Shown: positions 47,912 to 55,538 of the stretch, piece after piece
Position numbering within the stretch: the stretch's first letter is position 1
Layout of the letters: the number at the start of each line of letters is the position of its first letter
NCBI GenBank assembly: GCA_963765205.1
Contig: CAVXVB010000009.1
Coordinates: 914,590 to 978,589 of the forward strand
Source of the DNA: an uncultured Verrucomicrobiae bacterium
GTDB lineage: Bacteria > Verrucomicrobiota > Verrucomicrobiia > Opitutales > JABDGR01
Length of the DNA: 64,000 nucleotides
Direction: 5' to 3'
Made by a program: the position numbers and the translations under genes
The notes under the pieces: generated by a model
Told to the model about the DNA's origin: nothing
Seen by the model: only the letters and a program-made list of their open reading frames with translations
The model's database searches: none

Positions 47912-48278
47912 AAATTAGAAATGTTCAAAGAAACCAAAGCTGCTGACTTGCTAAATGCTTACGCTGATGCAGCGAATAAGCATGGCCTTGCTTCGACAAA
48001 GGGCGACTACAGTAATGAATTCACGCTCCAGCCAATAAGCTCTAATCCAGTGCCCGAGAAATAGGGGCTAACCCAGATTACCCACTTCGCCTTGACGCTC
48101 TGGATACGAAGAGCCTGGCCAATGGCCTGGTGACTAGATGCCCTTGGAATTTTCTTTGCGCCCTTCGCTTCTTTGCGGTGAATCGCTTTCCTCCGGCTGG
48201 CGCGCAAAATGCTTGCCCATCGGCTCCTGGCGAAAGAGATTGCGTGCGCCGCCGCCTTCGCTATAAAAAATCCCTCCC

Positions 48279-49352
48279 ATGCCCGCCACCATTGACCAAA
48301 TCTCCCAAAGCCTTGGCGACAAGGCCGACTTTTTCCTCAACCACCAGTGCAAGACCATTGCCAAGGAACGGCTGCACCTGCCCGGCGGAGATGTCGTGGA
48401 CCGCATTTTCGGCCCGACGAACCGCAACAACCGCGTCCTGAATAATTTTGACTGGCTGGTCAACACCGGCCGGCTCGCGGGCACGGGCTATTTGTCCATC
48501 CTGCCGGTGGACCAGGGCATCGAGCACTCCGGCGGCGCAAGCTTTGCCAAGAACCCGGACTATTTTGACAGCGAGAACATCGTCAAGCTCGCCATCGAAG
48601 GCGGATGCAACGCCGTGGCCTCGACCTTCGGCGTGCTGGCCTCGTGCGCGCGCAAATACGCGCACAAAATCCCCTTCCTCGTCAAGATCAACCACAACCA
48701 GATCCTCACCTATCCGAACACCTACGACCAGGTGATGTATGGCACGGTGAAGGAAGCCTACGAGATGGGCGCGGCGGCGGTCGGCGCGACGATTTATTTC
48801 GGGTCGCCCGAGTCGAACCGCCAGATCGTCGAAGTGGCGCACGCCTTTGCCGAGGCGCATGCCTATGGCCTCGTCACCGTGCTGTGGTGCTACCTGCGCA
48901 ACCCGGCCTTCAAAAAGGACAAGGACTACCACGTCTCCGCAGATTTGACCGGGCAGGCCAACCACCTGGGCGTCACCATCCAGGCGGACATCATCAAGCA
49001 GAAGCTGCCGGAAAACAACGGCGGCTACCTCGCGCTGCAAATGGGCGACTCGAGCTACGGCAAAATTGACAAGCGCGTTTACACCGAGTTGACCACCGAC
49101 CACCCGATTGACCTGTGCCGCTACCAGGTGGCGAATTGCTACATGGGCCGCGCGGGCCTCATCAATTCCGGCGGCGCCTCGGGCGCCCATGACTTCGCCG
49201 AAGCCGTCACCACGGCCGTGATCAACAAACGCGCGGGCGGGATGGGCCTGATTTCCGGCCGCAAAGCCTTCCAGCGGCCGATGGCGGAAGGCGTGAAGTT
49301 GCTGAATGCCATTCAGGATGTTTATCTGTGCAAGGAAGTGACGGTGGCGTAG
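48279..49352 (+). CDS. fbaB: Class I fructose-bisphosphate aldolase (FbaB/DhnA type)
   Basis: 357-aa [81 protein letters not shown] is near-collinear with E. coli FbaB as I recall it. Confidence 0.9.
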   Translation: MPATIDQISQSLGDKADFFLNHQCKTIAKERLHLPGGDVVDRIFGPTNRNNRVLNNFDWLVNTGRLAGTGYLSILPVDQGIEHSGGASFAKNPDYFDSENIVKLAIEGGCNAVASTFGVLASCARKYAHKIPFLVKINHNQILTYPNTYDQVMYGTVKEAYEMGAAAVGATIYFGSPESNRQIVEVAHAFAEAHAYGLVTVLWCYLRNPAFKKDKDYHVSADLTGQANHLGVTIQADIIKQKLPENNGGYLALQMGDSSYGKIDKRVYTELTTDHPIDLCRYQVANCYMGRAGLINSGGASGAHDFAEAVTTAVINKRAGGMGLISGRKAFQRPMAEGVKLLNAIQDVYLCKEVTVA

Positions 49353-49357
49353 GGTCG

Positions 49358-49493
49358 GATTGCTGAATGCTGAATTCTGATTGCTGAATTCCGGCGGGCG
49401 GGCGCGACGGAATTTTTCCGGCGCGGTTGCCAACCTGAAGCGGCCATCCGCCATTCGACATTCAGAAATCAGCATTCAGAAATCAGAAATTTC
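49358..49493. repeat. Heptamer-repeat inverted repeat filling the fbaB-HAD spacer
   Basis: The left arm is gattgctgaatgctgaattctgattgctgaattcc (49358-49392), built from tgctgaa-type 7-mers. The right arm is gacattcagaaatcagcattcagaaatcagaaatttc (49457-49493) and is largely complementary. It abuts ATG 49494. Confidence 0.6.
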
Positions 49494-50087
49494 ATGTCCA
49501 TCGTCCTCCCTCCCCCCGGCTCGTTTGCCGGCTATATCTTCGACTGCGACGGCACGCTGGCGGCTTCCATGCACCTGCATTACCGCGCCTGGAAAAAGGC
49601 CTTGGCCGACCATGGCGCGAAAATTGACTTCACCTGGGACCTCTTCATTTCGCACGCGGGGCGCGGCACGGAGCAATTTGTTGGCCTGCTGAACACGCAG
49701 CACGGCGAGCGTCTGCACGCGGCGCAAGTCGCGCGCGCGCAGGACGCCGTCCTCGCGGAAATCCACCACACGGTCGAAGCCGTGCCCGAGGTGCTCGCCT
49801 TCGCGAAAAAAATCAAGGCAGACGGACGGCACCTCGCCGTCGCCTCCGGCGGCACGCGCGACGCGGTGAACCGCACGCTGCATTACATCGGCGCGAGCCA
49901 TCTGTTCGAGGTCGTGGTGACGATTGACGATGTCCTGCACGGCAAGCCGGCGCCCGACACGTTTCTGGAAGCCGCGCACCAGCTCGGCGTCGAGCCGGGT
50001 GAGTGCGTCGTGCTCGGCGACAGCGTGCTGGATGTCGAAGGGGCGAAAGCCGCCGGCATGGCCTGGGTGAAGCTGGAGCCGCGGTGA
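49494..50087 (+). CDS. HAD-superfamily hydrolase (beta-phosphoglucomutase-like subfamily IA)
   Basis: 197-aa ORF with motif I FDCDGTL, motif II ASGG, KPAPD, and motif IV GDSVLDVEGAKAAGM. Confidence 0.8.
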   Translation: MSIVLPPPGSFAGYIFDCDGTLAASMHLHYRAWKKALADHGAKIDFTWDLFISHAGRGTEQFVGLLNTQHGERLHAAQVARAQDAVLAEIHHTVEAVPEVLAFAKKIKADGRHLAVASGGTRDAVNRTLHYIGASHLFEVVVTIDDVLHGKPAPDTFLEAAHQLGVEPGECVVLGDSVLDVEGAKAAGMAWVKLEPR

Positions 50088-50124
50088 GCACCGCGTAATC
50101 AACCCAATTTCTGCAGACTGATTT

Positions 50125-50257
50125 ACCACGGATTACACAGATAGCACGGATGTAAGAACTTGAGTGACTATTCCTGCAAAAATCCCTTAACCCGGTGGGT
50201 AAGTAATCAAAACTCCCCATCCTTTTGGTTATCTGTGCTATCCGTTCAATCCGTGGT
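50125..50257. repeat. MITE-like 133-bp element with 28-bp imperfect terminal inverted repeats
   Basis: accacggattacacagatagcacggatg (50125-50152) is compared with the reverse complement of 50230-50257, accacggattgaacggatagcacagata. I count 23 of 28 matches by hand, and the outer 10 bp are perfect. The arms contain internal cacggat / gatagcac motifs. Confidence 0.45.
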
Positions 50258-50355
50258 TTCGATTCCAGTTTTTTGGATTAAAGTTGTCGTTTGACCTTGG
50301 TTCTCACGCAATTTTCCGGTTCGACACTTACCGTTTTTTGCCCTAGCCTGCCCCC

Positions 50356-50592
50356 ATGTCCGCCACCCTCGATACGCTGGCCCACGACGCCCTCGTGCTG
50401 CCGCCGGATCAACGCGTCGCACTGGCTTATCGTCTGCTGGTCAGCGTCGAACCTGACCCTGAACCCGGCGCGGACGAGGCATGGGCGGTCGAGATTGCCC
50501 GCCGCATCGAGCGCTTTGACGCAGGGGAATCACATCCAGTGCCGGCGGCGGAAGTTTTCGCCCGTCTGCGCCAAATTGCACCTGACCGATGA
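50356..50592 (+). CDS. Putative addiction-module antitoxin (TIGR02574-like)
   Basis: 78-aa ORF: ...LVLPPDQRVALAYRLLVSVEPDPEPGADEAWAVEIARRIERFDAGES.PVPAAEVFARLR. The stop overlaps the toxin start (ATGA 50589-50592). Confidence 0.7.
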   Translation: MSATLDTLAHDALVLPPDQRVALAYRLLVSVEPDPEPGADEAWAVEIARRIERFDAGESHPVPAAEVFARLRQIAPDR

Positions 50593-50888
50593 GTGCGGGA
50601 TTGGAGTTCCTGCCGGAGGCATCCGAAGAAGTCGAGGAGGCCACGAGATACTATGAGCAGCGCGTTCCAGGCTTGGGTATCCGCTTCCGGTCGGAGGTCG
50701 AGACCGTTTGTGCAGCCATTGTCCGGCAGCCACTACACTGGCGGAAGCGTCCCGGCGGCTTTACCCGTGTCAACCTTCCGGGATTTCCTTTCTACATCGC
50801 GTATTTCATTCGTAACGAGCGTATCCTGATCGCCGCCGTCGCTCATGCCAGCCGCCATCCAGACTATTGGAAACAGCGCGAATCCTGA
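50589..50888 (+). CDS. ParE/RelE-family type II toxin
   Basis: 99-aa ORF: EFLPEASEEVEEATRYYE...FPFYIAYFIRNERILIAAVAHASRHPDYW, the plasmid-stabilisation (ParE-like) pattern. Confidence 0.75.
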   Translation: MSAGLEFLPEASEEVEEATRYYEQRVPGLGIRFRSEVETVCAAIVRQPLHWRKRPGGFTRVNLPGFPFYIAYFIRNERILIAAVAHASRHPDYWKQRES

Positions 50889-50896
50889 AACCAATT

Positions 50897-50968
50897 GGCG
50901 ACAGCGTGCTCGACATCGAAGACGCGAAAGCCACCGCCATGGCCTGGGTGAAACTGGAGCCGCGGTGA
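50897..50968 (+). pseudogene. Orphan copy of the last 23 codons plus stop of the HAD gene
   Basis: 72 nt align without gaps to 50016-50087, with 8 mismatches by hand. It reads GDSVLDIEDAKATAMAWVKLEPR*, against GDSVLDVEGAKAAGMAWVKLEPR* in the intact gene. Confidence 0.75.
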
Positions 50969-51030
50969 AGTGAAATGGTGTTGTCAAACTGTTGGTTTTG
51001 GGGTTGTTTAAGCGCAATCTTCTATCCGCC

Positions 51031-52605
51031 ATGAAAACCCCTTCTTCGCCCCGAATCCTGTTTGCTTCCTTTTTCGTCGCCGGCGCGGTCTTGTGCGCCA
51101 CCCCGCTGCACGCCGACGTCAAGCTTGCCAGCCCGTTCACCAGCCACATGGTCTTGCAGCGGGACATGAAGGTGCCCGTCTGGGGCACGGCGGACGTGGG
51201 CGAGGACGTGACGATCGAATTTGCCGATCAGAAGAAAATGACCAAGGCCGGCAATGATGGCAAATGGCGCGTGGACCTGGACCCGCTGGCGGTATCGGTC
51301 GATGGGAAAACCATGACCGTCAGCGGCTCGAAAACCGACCAGCCGCTCAAGCTCGATGACGTGTTGGTGGGCGAAGTGTGGGTCGCTTCCGGCCAGTCCA
51401 ACATGGTATTTCCGATGCAAGCCAGCGGCCCGTATCGCGGTGTGCTGAACCAAGAGGGGGAAATCGCCGACGCCAATTACCCGCAGATTCGCATGTTCAC
51501 CGGCCACGACACCAAAGCTTATGAACCGCAAGCTTCGGTGCCGAATGATTCCTGGGTGGTCTGCTCCCCCGACACCGTGGGGAATTTCTCCGCCGTGGGG
51601 TATTTGTTTGCGCGCGATTTATACAAGCAATTGAAGGTGCCGGTGGGTGTGCTGACCCTGGCGAGCGGGGCAAGCACCGCCGAGGCGTGGATTTCCCGCG
51701 AGGCGATGGCTGGCGACGCGCAAATCAAGCCCTTGCTGGATGCGCTGGATGCCGCCTACACTTATTTCCACGCCGACCCCGCCAGCCGCCCAGCCAATGC
51801 GCCGATCCGCCCGACGCCCATCAACAAACCCCGCGGCGCCCCCGCGACGGGCGACCCGGTGCGCGACCAGCACATGCCCACGGTGCTGTTTAACGCGATG
51901 ATCGCCCCGGTGATCCCCTATGCGATGCGTGGCGCGATTTGGTATCAGGGCGAGTCCATCGTCGGCGGCACGCCCGGACTCAACCTATACGGGCACGTTC
52001 TAAAGGTGTTGATCACGGATTGGCGCGCGCGCTGGGGCGAGGATGATTTTCCGTTCTATGTCGTGCAGTTGCCCGGCCAGAAGAACATCAGCAACAACCC
52101 GCTGATCCGCGAACAGCAGCAGACGGTGCTCGCGCTGCCCAACACCGGGCTGGCCGTGACCATTGACCTCGGCGACCCCACCAATGTGCATCCGCAAAAC
52201 AAGGCGCCGCTGGGCTACCGCCTGATGTGCATCGCCCTGGCCAACGCTTACGGCCAAAAGATCGAATACTCGGGGCCGCTGTATCAATCCATCGAAGTGA
52301 AAGGCGCCAACATCGTCGTCCACTTCACGCACCTCGGCGGCGGCCTGCTGGCCAAGGGCGGCCCGCTCAAAGGCTTCCAGGTCGCCGGCACGGACCAAAA
52401 ATTTGCGGACGCCTCCGCTCAGATTGACGGCAACACGCTCATCGTCGGCAGCCCGGATGTGCCCGCCCCCGTCGCCGTGCGCTATGGCTGGGACGATTAT
52501 CCCGAAGGCCTGGGCTGCAATCTTTACAACAGCTACGACTTCCCCGCCGCCCCCTTCCGCTCGGATACTTGGGATTACCCGATCGCGGGGATTGTGGAGA
52601 AGTGA
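51031..52605 (+). CDS. Sialate O-acetylesterase-like carbohydrate esterase (SASA/DUF303 family)
   Basis: ORF 50992..52605 trimmed to ATG 51031 (MKTPSSPRILFASFFVAGAVLCATPLHA, a signal peptide). Contains LASPFTSHMVLQRD..VPVWG, WVASGQSNM, AIWYQGES and YVVQLPG. Confidence 0.8.
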   Translation: MKTPSSPRILFASFFVAGAVLCATPLHADVKLASPFTSHMVLQRDMKVPVWGTADVGEDVTIEFADQKKMTKAGNDGKWRVDLDPLAVSVDGKTMTVSGSKTDQPLKLDDVLVGEVWVASGQSNMVFPMQASGPYRGVLNQEGEIADANYPQIRMFTGHDTKAYEPQASVPNDSWVVCSPDTVGNFSAVGYLFARDLYKQLKVPVGVLTLASGASTAEAWISREAMAGDAQIKPLLDALDAAYTYFHADPASRPANAPIRPTPINKPRGAPATGDPVRDQHMPTVLFNAMIAPVIPYAMRGAIWYQGESIVGGTPGLNLYGHVLKVLITDWRARWGEDDFPFYVVQLPGQKNISNNPLIREQQQTVLALPNTGLAVTIDLGDPTNVHPQNKAPLGYRLMCIALANAYGQKIEYSGPLYQSIEVKGANIVVHFTHLGGGLLAKGGPLKGFQVAGTDQKFADASAQIDGNTLIVGSPDVPAPVAVRYGWDDYPEGLGCNLYNSYDFPAAPFRSDTWDYPIAGIVEK

Positions 52606-52621
52606 AATTGAGACTGACTAA

Positions 52622-53503
52622 GAGCTTATCCGTAAATAAGGATTGCGTTGAGAAGGCGGCGGGATAAACTGCGGGGATGCCGCGACTATCCTCCTGGGAA
52701 ATCTCTGATGAATTCTGGGCCAAAGTCGAGCCTTTGGTTCCCGCGCGCGCCGGCCGGAAGGCGGGCGGGCGCTACCGTCGCGCCGCAGGCGCGGGCCGCA
52801 AGGCCCTCGCGCCTCGACGCATCTTCGAGGCGGTGGTTTACGTGCTGCGCACGGGTTGCCAGTGGAAAGCGCTGTCCAAGGCCCGGTATGGCAGCGCCAG
52901 TTCCGTGCACAAATACTTTCAGCAGTGGCACGCCGCCGGATTCTTCGAGGCGTTGTGGCGGGCCGGTCTGGCCGACTACGATGAATTGGAGGGCATCGCG
53001 TGGCGGTGGCAAAGCATCGATGGCTCCCTGGTCAAGGCCCCTCTGGCGCGCGAAGCGGTGGGAGCCAACCCCACCGACCGGGGAAAAAAATGGGAGCAAG
53101 CGCAGCGTGCTGGTGGACGCCCGTGGCGTCCCGCTGTCGCTCATCGTCGCCGGGGCCAATGAACACGACGTGACGCTGGTGCGCCGCACGTTGCGCCAGC
53201 GCCACGACCGGCGCACGGCCCATTTGTGTGCCGACAAGGGTTACTGGGGGAAACCGGGCCTGCGCACCATGCGCCAATACGGCTACCGTCCGCATGTGCC
53301 TGCCCGCGGAGCCAAACCAGCCCCGCGCCGATCCACCGGCCAAGCCCGTCGCTGGGTGGTGGAACGCACCGCTTCCTGGCTCAACCGCTACCGCAAACTC
53401 CTCGTGCGGTTTGAGAAAACCGCCGCCTCCCACGAAGCCTTGCTCTGTCTCGCCAGCGCGCTTATTGTTTACAGACGAACAACTTTTATTTACGGATAAG
53501 CTC
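52622..53503. mobile_element. IS5-family insertion sequence (IS427/IS1031-like), 882 bp
   Basis: Perfect 18-bp terminal inverted repeats: gagcttatccgtaaataa (52622-52639) and its complement at 53486-53503. They are flanked by a TAA direct repeat (52619-52621 and 53504-53506). The transposase is internal. Confidence 0.85.
52677..53499 (+). CDS. IS5-family transposase in two overlapping frames joined at an A7 run
   Basis: OrfA is 52677..53162 (MPRLSSWEISDEFWAKVEPLVP...VLRTGCQWKAL...GANPTDRGKK, DUF4096-like). The distal part of track ORF 52648..53499 reads GSKRSVLVDARGVPLSLIVAGANEHDV...HLCADKGYWG...RWVVERTASWLNRYRKLLVRFEK, the DDE domain. The frames meet at gggaaaaaaatggg (A7 at 53084-53090). 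Confidence 0.8.
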
Positions 53504-53765
53504 TAAAGACTAACTACTTCGGTTTATTCTTAGTAGCAGCAGAACGGACTGCATCAATAACTTTATCAACGCCCACCGTAGTAAATGAAGCCGTGATGGG
53601 GCTTTCATCATACGGAGTTATCTGAATTAAGAAGCTATCAACTTTGTTCAAATGTGTGATAAAGGTTTGTGCATCGCTTTTGACAAACGCCGCTTCATGA
53701 TCTGTAGATAAAGAAAAAACTTGGGTTTGCGCGCGGCGAACCTCTCTGCGGGTAAGCCGGACTGA

Positions 53766-54092
53766 CTCTATTACATTGCAACCGATGATCCCGAAATTAA
53801 CATTTCCCGAGTCCGCAACCGGGTGATGGCCCAAGGTGGCCATTCGGTGCCTGAAGACAAAATTGTGAGTCGCTATAAACGCTCGCTCGACCTTTTGATG
53901 GGAGCCATCCGGCATACTGACCGCGCCTACATATTCGACAATTCTGTCCATAATCAGGCAGACACCTGGCTGGCCGAGATTACCGATGGGCGGGTCCTGG
54001 AAATGAAAACCGACCAGATGCCGGCGTGGTTCAAACGGGCGGTATGGGACAAGAAAACACCTTCCCCAGAACGACTGGGCGTGGAAGATTGA
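53766..54092 (+). pseudogene. Zeta-toxin / COG4185-like P-loop kinase remnant lacking its N-terminal half
   Basis: The frame is open from the stop at 53763: LYYIATDDPEINISRVRNRVMAQGGHSVPEDKIVSRYKRSLDLLMGAIRHTDRAYIFDNS.... This corresponds to the C-terminal half of zeta-toxin-like ATPases as I recall them. There is no Walker A segment upstream. Confidence 0.5.
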
Positions 54093-54260
54093 GTGACCTA
54101 CCGATCAAATCAACTCGTGGGGACACCGCTCCGTTCCGATTCGAGGTTTGATTTATATGTAAATTTAGCACATTTTTGGCTGTGCAAAGAAACTAACGGT
54201 GGTGAAAATGAGTCATACTCCCTGTTGATCATCGAAAACCGATCCTTGCGCCTTTGATTT

Positions 54261-55538
54261 ATGAATTCAGATGCCTCTGACCGCCCCAATCCCAGCCCAA
54301 CTGCCGCCCCGCCCGCGGCCCCCACTCCTGTTTTGCCCACGAAAGCGAACACGCCTGAAGTAAAAGGCGGCTCGCGGGGTTGGGGGTGGTTGATTATCCT
54401 CCTTTGCGTCATTCTCGGCGGGATGGCGGCTTATTTCTTTTTTGGGCAGTCGAGCGGCAGCCCGGCCAAAGCGGCCCCCGCCGCGAAAGGAGTGCCGGTG
54501 ACGGTCATCGCCGCCAAGACCGGGGATATGCCGGTTTACCTTTACGGCCTGGGGTCGGTCACGGCGCTGAACACCGTCACGGTACAGGCGCGGGTGAGCG
54601 GCCAATTGGTGAAGGTGGCTTACCAGGAAGGGCAGGAAGTACATCAAGGCGATTTGTTGTGTGAAATTGACCCGCAGCCTTTTCAGGTGCAACTGACCCA
54701 GGATGAAGGCATGTTGGACCGCGACCAGTCCCTGCTCGAAAACGCCCAGGTGGAGTTGGACCGCTATGTGCAGGCCAAAGAGGCCATCCCGCAGCAGACC
54801 ATTGACACCCAAAAGGCGCTGGTTTTGCAGTATCAGGGAGATGTCAAAACCGATCAGGGGCAGGTGGACGCCGCCAAACTGAATCTGTCCTACTGTGAAA
54901 TCACCGCGCCCATCAATGGCCGCGTGGGCCTACGGTTGGTGGACGCGGGCAACCAGATCAGTGCCAACACCAGCCTGGTCGTCATCACGCAGTTGCAGCC
55001 GATCACGGTGATTTTCAGCCTACCCGAGGACGACATCCCCGAGGTGCAGGCCAAATTACAGGCGAACCAGACTTTGACCACGGCGGCCTTCGACCACGCG
55101 CTGTCAAAAAAACTGGCCGACGGCACTTTGCTGGCGTTGACCAACCAAGTTGATCCCACCTCCGGCACTTTCCAATTGAAGGCCGTTTTCCCGAATGAGA
55201 ATGAATCGTTGTTTCCCAGCCAGTTTGTCAACGTGCGGCTGCTGCTGGATACGCAGGCCAACGTGGTGATCGTCCCCACGGCGGCCGTGCAAATCGGACC
55301 TCAAAACTCCTTTGTTTATGTGGTCAAGGCCGACAACACCATCGAGCAGCGCACGGTCAAGGAGGGCCACGTCGAAGGCGACCAGGAGGTCATCGCGAGC
55401 GGCCTGGCCGCCGGGGAGTTGGTGGTGACCAACGGCTTTGACAAGCTGGAACCGGGCGTCGCAGTGACCGTCTCGAAACCCGACGCCAAAGCCGGCGCCA
55501 AGCCTGCTGCAACTTCCAACCCGACGCCCGGCGCATGA
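54261..55538 (+). CDS. mdtA: RND efflux periplasmic adaptor (MdtA-like)
   Basis: 425-aa ORF with a TM anchor. Contains [50 protein letters not shown] and [10 protein letters not shown]. Confidence 0.85.
   Translation: MNSDASDRPNPSPTAAPPAAPTPVLPTKANTPEVKGGSRGWGWLIILLCVILGGMAAYFFFGQSSGSPAKAAPAAKGVPVTVIAAKTGDMPVYLYGLGSVTALNTVTVQARVSGQLVKVAYQEGQEVHQGDLLCEIDPQPFQVQLTQDEGMLDRDQSLLENAQVELDRYVQAKEAIPQQTIDTQKALVLQYQGDVKTDQGQVDAAKLNLSYCEITAPINGRVGLRLVDAGNQISANTSLVVITQLQPITVIFSLPEDDIPEVQAKLQANQTLTTAAFDHALSKKLADGTLLALTNQVDPTSGTFQLKAVFPNENESLFPSQFVNVRLLLDTQANVVIVPTAAVQIGPQNSFVYVVKADNTIEQRTVKEGHVEGDQEVIASGLAAGELVVTNGFDKLEPGVAVTVSKPDAKAGAKPAATSNPTPGA

Noticed and set aside
47921-48207. 47-codon ORF starting right after the IS target duplication (MFKETKAADLLNAYADAANKHGLASTKGDYSNEF...) and the 66-aa minus ORF 48007-48207
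   Set aside because: They are too short, with no recognisable family and mutually overlapping frames. They may be remnants of a decayed gene whose upstream region was hit by the IS, but I cannot support a call.
50253-50270. tRNA T-arm-like string gtggtttcgattccag
   Set aside because: The flanking bases do not form a T-stem (cgtgg vs tccag), and no acceptor or anticodon arms can be drawn. It is not a tRNA or tRNA fragment that I can support.
53514-53951. 145-aa minus-strand ORF
   Set aside because: Its N-terminal third is antisense to the zeta-toxin-like remnant and looks like shadow sequence. Only the C-terminal ~85 residues look protein-like, and they lack a plausible start. It is reported as part of a remnant region, not as a gene.
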